Source: Blasia pusilla (Eukaryota). Taken from it: 64,000 nt of DNA. The stretch spans positions 44,764,001 through 44,828,000 of the forward strand of contig CM114271.1 of NCBI GenBank assembly GCA_050084515.1, in the 5' to 3' direction. The notes beneath the pieces were generated by a model. The model worked only from the letters and a program-made list of their open reading frames with translations. It was not told the DNA's origin and ran no database searches. Below are positions 39,738 through 53,906 of the stretch, piece after piece; the stretch's first letter is position 1; each line of letters starts with the position of its first letter. The translations under genes were made by a program, and so were the position numbers.

Positions 39738-42701
39738 ATGGCGTCCTCCTCTCCCTCTAGTGTGCCAGTGGAGGAGACTTGGGAGCCATTACTTGGGCCC
39801 AAACTTAGGGGAGGTGAGAAACGACGCTTGACACAATTCCTACGTGCTTATAGGAGTTGTTTTGCCTTTATCATGAAGGAGTTGGGTGCTTTGGTTGGAC
39901 CTGGTATACGGATTGATTTGGCTAGTGATTCGCCAATCTTCCGTCGTCCCTACCGATATAGTGATATGGAGAGGGACTTGATTCAGAGTAGGACGTTGGA
40001 CCTTTTGGAGGCTGGATTAGTGGAGTTGTTGCATGGAGAGTATGCATCAGCCATTGTCATGCCTGCTAAAAAGGATGTGCATGGCAACTACACGGATAGG
40101 CGGATGTGTGGAGATTATCGTCCTTTCAATCGGCAGACCAAGGCCGATAGGTATGCCATGCCTACACCTGAGGAGATCTTTGATGTGGTGGGACAGACAA
40201 AGATTTTTAGTACTTTGGATCTTCGGGCATGATACCATCAGTTGCCAATTTGAGAGAGTAACAAGGCCAAGACAACATTTTGGGGTGTCAACTCTCATGG
40301 CAAGGATTGTTTGTACCAATGGAAATTCTTACCCTTTGGGTTGAAGAATGCATTTTCCGAGTTTCAGAGAGTGATGGACAGGATCCTAGCAGGGTTGGAT
40401 TTTGTTTGGTGTTACATTGATGATATCTTGGTGTTCAGTAACACGGTGGAGGAGCATTAGATACATTTGCAGATTGTGTTTGAGCGGTTGAAAGCTCATG
40501 GTCGACGTTTGCATCCAAGAAAGTGTAAGTTCTTCCATGAGGATGTAGAGTACTTGGGTCATGTGATCTATGCAGGTGGTTTGGGAGTTCAGCAAGCAAA
40601 GGTGGAGGCTATTGCACTTATTCCTCGTCCGGTAGATGTGAGTAGAGTTTGGGCATTCATGGGATTAGCAAACTACTATCGGAGGTATGTAAAGGGATTT
40701 AGTGCTATGGCAAAGCCTTTAAACCAATTGCTGAAATCATATCAAGAGTGGCACTGGGGAGATGATCAGGAGAGAGCTTTTGTGGAGCTCAAGGCCCCGT
40801 TAGTGACGGCGCCTACCTTGAGGAGACCTATCGAGGGGCCCATTTTGGATTACACCGATTGGAGTAGGTTGGGACTTGGAGCGGTGTTGACACAACATGA
40901 TGATGAGCACATAGAGTTTGTGATGGCCTATGCAAGTTGTTCGAATAATGCAAATGGAGTCAGCGCTATAGTTCATATGAGGGATAGTGCTTGGCAAGAG
41001 TATGGGAATGTGGGCACACTTTAGGTGTTACTTGTTTGGCACACAGTTTACCCTTATTCGATCACCACCGCTCAAGTGGTTGATGGAGTCCGACAAGCTT
41101 ACAGGAAGCTTGCACGGTGGGCTCTTATCTTATAAGAGTATGACTTCCGGTGGTACATAGACCCAGAGTTGCCAACCTTTATCCGATGGGTTGAGTAGGA
41201 ACCCATGTACTAGCCAAGAGGATGCAATTGGGGCTAGATGGCATGGCGAGGTTGATGAGGAGATGGTGCCAGGTTGGCATGCATTCGACTTTTTATGTTG
41301 GTTAGGGGTGGACTCTAGTATGGAGGACCACATGACATCTTACTCTAGTCAGATGGCCAGCCTTCAGATCCTAAGGTTGGAGATGGTGGTACGGATCAGC
41401 GTGTTCATGATGATGCGTTGGTGTTGGAGTTCCTACGGACCAGTAGGGTGCCAGGCATAGTGAGTGCCAAGGAGCGAGACCGTGTTCTTCAACGTGCTAA
41501 GAGGTATAGATTGGAGGGAACACATATTCTCCGTGTGTGGGAGGATGGTAGAGTACGAGTAGTCCCGCATTTGGCTCAGAGAGAGCGCATTGTGCGACAT
41601 GCCCATGAGGAGTTGGGACATTTTGGGGTAAAGCGTACGTATAGCTTACTCCTTGGTCAGTATTGGTGGCGTGGCATGCATACTCAGGTGCAGCAATTGA
41701 TGTCACGTTGTATGGTTTGTGACCGGGTGAGGGCATCATTCAATGCCCCTACACCATAGTTACATCCCTTGCCTATTATGGGGTTGGGTTACCGTTGGAG
41801 TGTGAACTTTGCGGGACCGTTACCGTTGACTGTATGACATCATCGATATGTGTTGGTGATGGTGGAGCACTTCTCAAAGTGGATTGAGTTGGTGGCATTA
41901 CCTGACAAGGCAAGTGAGGGAACGGCGTATGTATTTCTTGATAGAGTGCTTAGTGATTTTGGTGCACTAGCTGAAGTGTTGACCGACCAAGGTAGAGACT
42001 TTCACGGTGAGTTTCAGGTCTTGTGTGACAAGGCGTTGATTGATCATTGGACCACGTCTCGAGATCATCTAGAGGCGGATGGTTTTGCTGAGCGTGTGAT
42101 TCAGACGGAGAAGAGGGCATTGCGCAAGTATGGCCTACAAAAGGGGCATCTTGGAGACTGGGAAATTCAGTTGCCATGGTTAGCCATGGGGTAAAGGTTC
42201 AGTTGCCAAGCATCCTTGGCTTCCTTCTCACCTTATTTTGTGTTATACGGCCGAGATCCAAACTTGCCAGCAGTAATTTGTTGGGAGTCTAGTGAGGTGG
42301 TGAACCTTGATGACCCAGAGATGTGGATGAGAGTGTATTCTCAGCGGGCCGAGCTCTTTCGTAGAGTTATGCCAACAGCCTTTGAGAATCTTGCCATTTC
42401 TCTACACAGGGATACGTTGCGGTATGCAACCATTCGAGGTGGAGGTTATTGACCATCGATTCGTAGGTTCCATGTGGGGGACTATGTCTATTTGCAGCAG
42501 ATTACACCGACAACGTTGGATGTGACGGCAGGCCGCACTATTTTACGAGTGCGTGAGGTGTTAGCTTCTGGAGTTCTCATGTTGGAGGGTCATGATGGAG
42601 TTGTTTGGAAGGACCATGTGCGTAATTGTGCGCCATGTCATCTTGCAAATATGGATAGTACTATTGACCCAAGCTTAGCCATGATACGTGCTAGCTTGAG
42701 G
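39738..42701 (+). pseudogene. pol: RT, RNase H and DDE integrase, copy B
   Basis: RMCGDYRPFN, YIDD, YTDWS, HEELGHFG..CMVC, TDQGRDF, GFAERVIQ. Confidence 0.95.
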
Positions 42702-42842
42702 TGCATATTGTGTGGGTATGCTGGTAACGCAGCCCGTATGTTGGTGTGTGATCGGTGTTCTAGGGGTTGGCACATGATGTGTTTGACTCCACGTATGGAT
42801 GTTGTTCCTATTGGAAGGTGGGTTTGTCCTCGATATACTTAG
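42702..42842 (+). other. PHD finger at integrase C-terminus, copy B
   Basis: CILC...MLVCDRCSRGWHMMCLTPRMDVVPIGRWVCPRY (last Cys to Tyr). Confidence 0.9.
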
Positions 42843-43121
42843 GAGTGGTAGATGACTTGATCTTTGCATGATATGGATTACAGATGGGCGACTAACGATG
42901 GGGCAACCTAGCACCCGTATTTCTGATTCGTGCACCCAAGAAGGTGTATAGCATGTAGTAGATGTATAGGGCTACTTGGGAGTTAGAGGGACCTAACCGC
43001 CAGTTAGGGGGGCAAGTTGTGATACACTTGTGTTTGTGGATGCTCTTGTCTATGTTGTGTATGTATGTGAATATGGTATGTCAGCGATGTATGTTGTATG
43101 ATGATGTGGATTCGCACGACA

Positions 43122-43995
43122 GACTCAACCTTCTTAGTTTTGCAGTTTACACCACAGGCAAGTCTCAGAAGACTTGGGACAAACTTTCTGGTCGGTTTAG
43201 GAACCTCAATTGGCGTTTCGTGCTTGGCGGTTCCAACTATCCAATAGACATCCAATGAGTCCCTTGCCGCGAGTCACAAAAATGAATCGTGGGTTGGAAT
43301 CCAAGTGTGGCTTACGAAGTCCACTCTCTTGGATCGCGTTTGGGTTTCGAGTTCCAACACAAACTCTCGTTCCATCTCATGCCCTTGAGACGCCGTTTGG
43401 TGCTCAAAGTGGAGTTTGTGTTTGAAGACTTCTTGGAGAAACTCCCCCTTACTAGTACTTCTAGGGATCACCGTGGTCCCCTAACTTTAGGGAAAGAAAG
43501 TCGGGCCCCTCACATTGGCCCTCAACCCGATTGCTCTCATAGTCGTTTTTGGCCAATATCTCAGCCTTTACTAATGCGTTTGCTAAGATCTTTAATGTTT
43601 TGAAAGCGTCTCAAGATAAGATTTCCAAAGCGCCCTTATTTGTCCCAAATGCATCTTGGAGCTAAATGTTATGGTCCAAAATACATTCAAATTCCCCAAA
43701 CGCTAGTCGTGTTCCAAAATTGGTTCTCACATCTTTGGCAACCAACCTTCCAAGACTCAACTCATCTCAAGTCTTGGTTCACGTTTGGTGTAGGTTTCCT
43801 GATCGCAACCACTAACGCATGACACGCACAACTCTATTCCGCGTTTCGTCTCTTGGACTTTTCTAAGAGACCTTACCAAAAGCCTCTCCAAAGCGCAATC
43901 ATCGTAGAGTGAGTCCACTAGAGTTTGGATGTTTCGCTTGGCGCCTATTTGGTGCTCGTTTGGTTATGAGGGTCGTGACACTCACCCTCCTTAAC
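43122..43995 (-). repeat. Chromovirus PPT (43981-43995) and 3' LTR (from 43980), interrupted by copy B
   Basis: Minus strand GTTAAGGAGGGTGAG then TGTCACGACCC; LTR remainder probably ~33680-33810. Confidence 0.75.
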
Positions 43996-44676
43996 AGGTT
44001 GATGTCCTCATCAACGCAAATATTTTTTATGTTAAGTTTTGGGAAGCCGATCTTTTAACACTCGATCGCGTTATGGTAGCTAACCCACAATTCCTCTTTT
44101 GACTTAAGTGTTAGGCTATTGCTTGTAGCTCTTAGATTTATTAGCTTTTCCACTTCAATTCGCCTAGACCAACTCTGCAGAACTAATCTAAACTATCGAA
44201 ATAAGCTAACTAAGTCTGCAACCTTACACTTCATTTACTCATTATTTATAAACAACTGCATGTTTACCTAGCCGATTTGTACTACTTATGGGTCACTCAA
44301 ATTATACTTAAGCATGTCACTGAGTTCACTCATGTAACACGAATGAGATCACCACAAATCCCAAGACAGACTAATCTGCCCCGTCGAAGTTAGGGGAGCC
44401 CAAACATTAGTACTTCAACACTTGGTCCTGATCTAGATGCCTTATCCGAATACAAGCTTTCACCTCAAATACTCATTGTTTTGCCTCCTTTACCTACATC
44501 CTAAGCATAGGAAGAACTTCTAATTTCCATGCACTATCAAACTCAAAATCGCAATCACTAGCATCGAATCTCCAAATCCATGCATTCTTTATTGCGAGAA
44601 CTAAACTTTTCTAGTTACAACTGGTTATCGGCCCAAGTTTTTTGGTCACAAGTTATGCCCTTTGCTTCATCATGTA

Positions 44677-46062
44677 CTAACGTATGTGCCTATCTTGCAT
44701 CCATTTTGAAGTCTCGCACGCCTCTTGCGTGTGTTCAAGATCTGACTTCGCAATCCAAGTTGCCTCTTTCACATGGTAGCCTTTCCACTTGACCAAGTAC
44801 TCATACTTGGTGGCTCTACGTGTGGAACGCAAAATGTTCTCCACCTCAAACTCTGATTCCTCATTTTTTATGATCGGTTGTGGTCTCAACACAAAAATCC
44901 TTCGCTCCAGACTCATATTGTCTTGAAGACACTTCTTCAATAATGCCACATGGGAAGTCGGGTGAATCTTTAACTTGTTTGGCAGCTCCAAAGTATATAC
45001 ATCCTCAAACGGCTTTGCCTTGATCACATTCGGTCTAGTATACTTGGCTGACAATTTTGCGGAAAATTCGTTCAAAAAAAGAGATTCTTTACACTTTACC
45101 ACACTTGTTCCCCAACTTGGAAACTCACTTGGAACCAAGTTTTGATAGCATGCGTCATATACCTTCGTTGAGCTTAAACAAGGCTTCTTCTTGCTTGCTC
45201 TTGTCGTTCTTGCATTTCCACTAACAAACATTCCGCCGTTGCTTGACGAGTGTGTGCCGATGTAGCGCCCCTCAAAAGGGCCAAGTCAAGAGGCCCATCT
45301 GGTTCTCTTTGATACGCTCGAAGAAACAGAGATTCTCCAGTTGCACAATGCTTGGTCGAGTTGTAACAATACTCAGCCATGTTTAGCCACTTACCTAATC
45401 TTGTTGGTCCGCACTCATGTAATTCCTTAAGTATTGGTTTACGAATGAGTTTACTTTTTCTGTTTGTCCATCCGTTTGAGGATGGAAAGTTGTACTAAAG
45501 TTGAGTTTGGTCTTGAACCTCATGAATAGATGTTTCCAAGGCACTGGTAAACTTTGGATCTCGATTGGACAAAATGCTCCTATGCAATCCATGAGCTCGC
45601 CACCAACTATCCAGGAACATTCAAGAAGTCGTATAGGTCGTTGTAGAATATCTCGTCAGCACAAACCTCCCCAACTTGCTAAACCGATCAACTATCACAA
45701 GTATAACTTTTATCCCTTAGATTCCGAAAGATTTGTAATGAAATCCATGCTAACGCTTTGCAAGGGTCCCTCCAGGATCAGCAACGGACTAAGTAAGCCT
45801 TGCTTCTTTGCATAAGAAAATCTGTTCGCTTGACAAGTCACACAAGTCTTCACATATTGAGCAACATCTTCCTTCACGTTGGGCCAGAAGAACCTCTTGG
45901 CCAAAATAGGAAGAGTGGATTTCTCCCCTTTGTGTCCTGCCAAAGGTCCGTCATGACATTCCGCGAACACTTTGGTCCATAGCTTGCCTTGGCCCACATA
46001 GATCCTCCTCTTCTTAAACCTTAGCAAACCGTGCCTCAAACTTAGATTGGCCACCTTCTCAC
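44677..46062 (-). pseudogene. pol: Chromovirus integrase plus chromodomain
   Basis: HDGPLAGH..CVTC, SVSMDFI, FHPQTDGQTE, IHPTSHVALLK, EFEVENIL...YLVKWKGY..EATW. Confidence 0.92.
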
Positions 46063-47173
46063 CACTAGTATAAAAACCCCCTCTGGATGACTTAGAAAAA
46101 TGACTAGATGTTACTCAAAGTGGGCCTGTGTGACTAAGTAATTACTTAACCAGACTCTAGTCATAAAAATTAATCCTAGTCATATAAGTTGTTACTAAAA
46201 CCAAGGGTAGTCACATCTGAGTCTCTTTTTTGTTACTCAACATAGTCACTAAATATGACTTCACCTAGTCATAAAAAATGACTAGGTTAAGTCATAAGAA
46301 ATGAGTGTACGAGTCATAAAGAATGGCTAGACGAGTAATAAAGAATGATTGGAGGAGTCGTAAGGATTGACTAGACGCTTCATTAAAAATATCTAGACAA
46401 GTCATTAATAATGACTAGGTGAGTCATTAACTATGACTACTCAGAGTAATAAATAATCACTTCATGCGTCATAAGAGAATAACTAAGTCATTAAAATAAC
46501 TTGTCCATGTCATTTACAATCCTATTCACTGACAATATCCAAATAACTATACCAAGCATTATGTATTACAGATTGCTTTATTGCTGATAGAAATATGTAC
46601 ATGAAATTGGCATTTTTGTCCATTTTGTATCCATGAATATGAATTACTCCTTCCTACCTATCCTCCCTACACCTATCACTACTATTCTTACATCCATGCA
46701 ATGGAGATGCGATTATGTATCTGTTGTACAGTCCTAATGCTACCAGCATCGTATGAAAGCATACAAGCACATTACTCGTGTACCAACCCATCCATTTTAT
46801 AGAATGTGATCATATCAGTTTTTCATAGTAAAAAATCCTTATCTATTGAAAGATATAGCTAGCAAATGTTTCTTACATCCAATTGTGGCCATAAGTCCAA
46901 AGCTACAAAATGTATCCATACACCCTCAAATGGAATATTTTCTTACGTCAGAAGAATGCCTGGTGAATTATAGTGAAAGATAGTCATCAATGGAAGAACA
47001 CAATATCTACTTCTCATTGCAAACTCCCCACTCTGATATTCTCAAAATTGAGACATGAAAATCCAAGTATATTTATATTGTCATACTCAAAACTGAAACA
47101 CAAACATCAAATTCCTCTACTTATGAGTACAAAAGTCACAAGTATATGGAGATCGCCACACTCAAGAGGGATG

Positions 47174-48900
47174 TCAAAGGGAAGGTTTATTCAAAAATTC
47201 CACACACAAAATGAAGGTGCCCCTGTTTCTGAAAGGCATAACAAGATGAGAGGGCCATAACCCTACACTATCAATGGCATCTCCACCATAAATCTGCACT
47301 CGATCGTCAACCATATTTGGAAACGGAAATACATATTTCTTCTTGCAGACCTCTCTCAAATGGAGAACAGAATGCCCATCTGGAATGTCACGTCCATGGA
47401 AAGTAGAAAAACCATCATGCAGGCTGCCATAACCTACAACCATAGAGGGGTTCTCACGTGATACCAATTGCTGCAACGGAGGCACAACAGATTTCAACAC
47501 CGGCTTGGTAGCCTCTCGGGTCCTCTTCCTAAGTGTTGCTCTTCTCACCACCATTGGCTTTTAAAAAGATCCAACAGATCCGACTCCATGGGTCCACCAC
47601 TCCCCAACATCCTTGCACTATCCTCATTCTCCTCTGAAAATACCGTGGCCTCCAAATTGCATCTCCGCGATGTCCTCACTTGGCCTTTGCCTACAACGGC
47701 CGGGGCCTCATATGTGGTCTCTACAATCACAATCAACAAGAACGTCTCACTACCCTTTCAAATAGATAAAGATTTTCAGCAACTTCAAAGTAAAATGCAC
47801 AACATCACTCTAAACTCACATACTTGAACTCAAAGGGTCACCCTCAAACACAAGTAGCTTTAACCTCTCTTGTGCCTCCCTTTTTCTTTGGACCAGTTGG
47901 TGCAATGCCAACGTCTATATCTAGTCCTCTTATTGTATGAACACCCTTGGAAACCTGTGGAAGAACTGGAGGCGAAGGCACAATAGTAACGAGCTTGGAG
48001 AGGGTGCACCCTCCCTTGAAGGCGGTCCGCTGATTGGGTGAGAAGAGGATACACTCAAAAGCATAGAGGCAAGTGCTCCACTAGGAGCAGGGTCTCAATC
48101 ATTAACTCTATGAGGAGAGGAAACAACTCTTGGATTTTCCGATCTCTCCTTAGAACCCCTTATGTCCTCATGGTCCCTTCTCAAGCTCATGGAAATCAAT
48201 TCCATCAACTTTGTGAAGTTCTCTTGTTGATTAGCAAAAACAGTCATTATGCTTGCCTCTAGCATGTCCATGTTGCTGGAGAATACATCCATGCGATCAA
48301 TTATGTAAGTCATAGACTCAGGAAACAACTCCTCCATAGACTTTAATCGGGCAGAGATCTCTGTCAACTTAGATGTTCCCGGCGCCTGAAATACAAGACC
48401 TGGATCTCAATCTATATCAACATGCATGTACTAGAAATACAGTAGATTCACCTCTATTCTAAAGCAACCTGCTTTGACACTATACTTGTACCATAACTCC
48501 TTTGGTTCTTTGCCTCCTCATGCACCTGCGCATTAGTAGGGGTTTGTCCTTTTTCTTTTCTCTACAACACATGTAATATGGACCAAGTTCAGTCTACCAA
48601 ACACCAATTGCCAAACTATATGCATGGTGGTAATAGAAATTAAAGATGGTTCCTTCAATATTATTCATACCAGACGTTCTGCAATTGGTGCATTCCCTTT
48701 TCTTCCTGCAGGGTTTGGATTGGTCACCGTTGCCCATGATTTGGACATGTGCCCACTCTTTGTCTTTGCACTCTCGCTCATGAAGTGCGTAAGTAATCTC
48801 CCCCATTGGTTGGGGTCTATATGAGGTGGTGGGGCCACTTTCTTGCCTCCTCCAGCTTCTTTCCATGTCTCACGCAATCTAAATCTCTCTGTCTTGAGTA
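47174..48900 (-). pseudogene. CACTA TnpA/Ptta-like gene exons
   Basis: PPHIDPNQWGRLLTHF...AGRKGNAPIAERL (Ptta/En/Spm-like) and FHGRDIPDG...FPFPNMVDD...GDAIDSVGLWP (Tnp1-like); exon boundaries not resolved. Confidence 0.65.
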
Positions 48901-49570
48901 TTCGTTTAGAAATTGTTCTACGACTTGAGCGAATGCATACAAAGCCCCCTGAGGTTACATATTCCCAAGTATTACAATATTCAAGAAAAACCTCTACCGT
49001 GTGGCCATCATCCCATTGTTAGGAAGGCACAAGCCATCATTGATGGCTTGTGCCTTCCTAACAATGGGATGATCCTCCCCAGGGAGAATCCCCCCTGCAT
49101 CATGACAGATATGAAGAGTGACTTTGCGGGTGACCCCAAGCATTAGCCATGCTAATAGTGCTCCTCTATCCTCCCTCCACACAACAATGTCTATAAATCA
49201 AACATACACATGGCGATTTTCTAAGCGGAATAGCCAATTCCTAGTTTGCCTTTGTCGCCTATTTGGGGTCCAATAACGGTTAGAGTAAGCATGAAAGTAA
49301 CAAATGTTTGCCCTTGCAGATTGTGGGAGGGCAAGGATATGGTCCAAGAGACTAGTAGGCCTGCTCATGGTAAAGATCTTGACCTTCACTTCAAAAGGAA
49401 GGCTCCTTAATCTGGACAAAAAGTACCCTCGGTTGTTTTGAACCATTGGTTGGAAAGAAACACCTGCCATCACTCTGATGCCATCCAGAGAAGCTCAAAG
49501 CTCTAATAGCCACCAACGATTATAACACTTGAATCTTTGCACCAACACTTTATGGTCAACACTCACACTT

Positions 49571-49713
<143 letters not shown>

Positions 49714-52700
49714 TCATTAAGTAATGCCCGTCGTAGCCTTGTGACCATAGACCCCGCGCCCTGGTTTGACGGTGCTTGAGACTTGGGATGGTTGTAGAGA
49801 GAGAGAAGCAAGTGAAGAAGGTACCATATGAGAGGAGGGAGACACACTTATATAGTGTGAGTGCTGACCAAACAACGTGTTTGTGCAGAGCTTCCAAATG
49901 TCAACCAAGAAACTCTTCACCACACCATCTACTTTACCTCATTGAGATCCCCAATAGACATTACTTACCAGTGCAACAACTTTGGGCAATGAATCAAGCC
50001 TATTGAACGTGTTGAACAATTTTGGTGCTACCAGCTTAGCAATATTAGCATATGCTCTTGCTATGTGTGTTGTGAATTTTGCGTAGGAGACCAAGTAATG
50101 ACTAGAGGTTTCATCCCCATCGTCACACAAGGCGCAAGAGTTTAGTTGTGTTCCCATCCGGCTTTTCTTATGGTTCAAGGGGATTGCTCCCGTTCTGAAC
50201 TCATTAAGTAGTTGTGTTCCCATCCTACTTTTCCATCCCTTTTGGTCACTTGGCCACTTAGCCACAGATTATCTTGCCTCTAGCCACTATCCAGATTAGT
50301 ATATACTCTGCGGCTTGATTAAACATCATACATGAAGTTCTCCATAAAGTTTAGATGCAGCTTTACAATTGTATCATTACCATTGTGTATTCATCTCTTA
50401 TATATTTCTAAGAGGTTCATGGGAATCACGGTGGTTTCCATGTTGGATTCTTTGATGGTTCTGATTGGAAAGAGTGGAAGAATCGTGTTCACAATCTTCT
50501 TCTTTACAGAGATTAATGGGGGGCTAAACGAGTATATTAATTTGTGGATGCGTTGCTACCTCTCCTTCTAAAATTGCAAATAAAGCACCTCAAGTATGTG
50601 TCAACGATATCAAACAATACAATTAATGAAAAGTTAGAAAGTCAACCTCTCCTTCTAAAATTGCAAATAAAGCACCTCTCGATCTTGTATGTATGTTCGT
50701 TGTCGTAATTAAACACATTATCTATACTACATTCAAGCATCCATGAAAAGTTCGTTGAAAAGTCACCTTTAGATTTTTCAACTCAACTCAAGATTACTGC
50801 AAATAATCTTGTTTTATTTGACACATCGAGAACTTTTGCTATTAGCAAACTTCTAACTGAATACAAATCTTCATTCACTCAAGAAGTATGGACCTTCTTT
50901 TTGATCTTCAAATTGAGAATTATGAACTAGAGAAACCTTCCAAATTTGAAAGTTCTATTTCCAATACTATTCATAATTTTACAAGAAACATCCATTTAGT
51001 CTAAACTCATTATCAAAGAAACATTCCTCGGAGGAGTTGCAAAACTTGTTATATTTGCAGAAAGATGACATCTCAAACAAATGTCATAATAGAAAATTTT
51101 CAAGAAATTCCGTGAGTATTGCAAACTCAAGATTCTTTGCTAGTCAAACTTCACCTAATCATTGCATCACATCAAGACCACTTATTTCATGATACAAAGA
51201 TCCTCTACATATACTTTCCCAAATCTTTCCAAATTCTTGACTTTTCCATGTTTAGCAAACTTCTCCATTTCTCCAATTCTCATTTTTGGAATACAAATGG
51301 AAAAATATATCATTCAACTATTGATGAAATACAAGCCTTTTCTTTTGAATTACATATCTTCAAATTGAGATCATTCTTACAAGAACTAGAAGAAACTTCC
51401 AAATTTGAAAGTATTCTAGTTACCCTTTTCTATTTCATAATTTTGAACTCAAAACATCCATTTTTTAGGTCTAGTTTTCTAGCATGACATGTATCAAAGT
51501 CAAACATTTGAGGATGGCAAATCCATTTTTATAGCCATAAGTTCATCCAATCTGTTATATTTCAACAATCAAGCATTTAGAAAGATGACATCTCAAACAA
51601 ATGTCAAATAGAAAATTTCTCAAGAAGCTTCAGAAACATATCGTGAGTATTGCAAAAAAACTCAACTAGAAGATACCTCTATTTATCTTTCTAGTCAAAA
51701 TACAAAGAAATCCTTTGTCTATATTCTTCACAAGAAGCATTAACATGTCTTTTCACATTCCGAGGAGTTCAAAATCATGCTTGAGAACCACTCTATGGAT
51801 TCATGATGAAAAAAGATCTTCTTTCCAATCTTTCCCAAATCTTTCTTCAAACTTTGGATCCTTGAGAGTTCAAATTTCCATGTTTGTCTCTCAAAGAGAA
51901 TTGTTCTCTAATTTCCTTCCTAGAGAGAGATTCTCATTTTGGAATAGGCAATGGACCAAAAATATATGCTAGGCTGGGAACTACTAGAATGTTCAATTTA
52001 AGCTCTTTGTCAAACAACGTGTTTTCGAATTAGTCATACTCTTTTCCAATCTACTTTCATTTCTTACAAGACAACACAATATTGTTTTTGTGAAGAAACT
52101 TGCTGAAAACTCTATAGATACCCTTTTCTATTCTCACAATATGTCTTTTGAACTCATCAAACAAGGTCATTTTTTTTGTTTTTCCAAGCATGACATGTAT
52201 CTAATTGAATGTCAATCTTGTACTCCATTTTGATAGCCATAAGTTCATCCAATCTGCACAATTTTATGGGACATCTCAACAATGACTAGATTTATTGCAA
52301 CCCATCAACAAAAAATGGTTCAAGATCTAGATGGTTCGATGATCTCAATTGAATGTACAAGTTGTGCTAAAAGCAAGCGGGATATCAAAGAGAGAACATA
52401 TCCATCTTTATTCTGCCGTGAGCGTTTGAGATCGGTATCCAAGATGTTCAAAAGCTTGGATCTACAATCTCTTGAACCTTTTCATCCAAGATTTGGCCTC
52501 TTTTACGGTCTTCTTTGGGTCTAGGTTTTCCCAATCAAGACACCCTAGTCCATTTATGTACATTTTCTGGACCAAAATCCTCAAAGGGTTCCACATCTTT
52601 GATCTCACACCAATATATATATGACATCATATACGTTCGGCTGCCGCACTTCAAGCCTATCCTTTGTTTGGTGTTGGCATCCCACATATATGCAAAATAT

Positions 52701-52738
52701 ATATGATGTGATGTAGAGGAATATATAGAGTCTTCTTA

Positions 52739-52930
<192 letters not shown>

Positions 52931-53906
52931 AGAGTGAGAGTCATTGGCTTACCTAAATCGTCGCGAAAATGAGCGGGGAGAAAAATTAAAGTATCGACTG
53001 CGGGACAAGAATGATGAAGATTTGGGTAAGAGAGAAGAGTAAGAGGTTGCGGGCTTACATAAATCGCTGCGAAAATGAGAGGGCAGATATATCTGGTGCG
53101 GAATGCGGGTGAACCGATTTCAACACATCATGCAGATGAGAAACAAAAATGAAGGTGGGAGCACGTACGTGGGCAATTTCGGAGAAGCTCAGTCTGTCCG
53201 AGGTAGCGTACAATGTACATCCAAAATCTGGCTATGAGATCGAAGTCAACTGCAAAATTTTGAAGAATTGTAGAGAGAGAGAGAGCACCACCACCGCTCG
53301 ACAACACTCCTTAATCACCACTCAAACCGCCACAATGTTTTTGCCAACTTGTGCAAACTCACAAAAGAGAGATGACAAAGCACAATATGATTGCGGGCTG
53401 CATCCTTCAAAGGAAAACCCTAAACGTGCTCTCACGCCGAGCGCTCTCTGGCTTCACGTGTGAGACACAACTCTAGTGCTAATTCCAAGAAACGTTGAGC
53501 CAAGGTGTGGGAGAACTTTACAAAATATTTGCATACGTGCTCTTTGAGTCTAAGCACCCTAAATCCACGCCCTTCCTCTAAACCCTAAGTGCCCTAAAGC
53601 CAAAATTAACCCTCCCAAAAGACAAAGATGATAGGGTTTAATTGCCTAAGTAGTGTTTCATTATCTTCCATATCCATTTACCCTATATCCAACCATACAA
53701 GGCTTTGTGTTTGATTTAAAAAACTCAACTTTGATTGTATTATACCTCGTCTAAGTTTACACTAGTCACTAATTGTGACTAAACCATTTTGTGAGTAATT
53801 AGCGAGTCATTTGATCAATTTCTAAGTAACTAAGTGAAACTAGAATGACTCTTAGTAACACGAGTCACAAACATATGGGTTAAAAATGGCCTCTTTTCTA
53901 CTAGTG

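Larger units (their letters stand above)
33811..43121 (+). mobile_element. DNMT/PHD-encoding Ty3/Gypsy-type retrotransposon, copy B (complete domain set, A-internal-B termini, divergent subfamily)
   Basis: Probable start TGTCATGACC; PPT 43006-43016 then ~105-bp B unit ending CGCACGACA; no direct terminal repeat seen; TSD not resolved (CGCT vs GACT), so 5' boundary is less certain. Confidence 0.9.

Noticed and set aside
46080-46500. Short repeated TAGTCA/TGACTA motifs resembling a spaced array
   Set aside because: Irregular spacing and both orientations; these are CACTA subterminal repeats, not CRISPR
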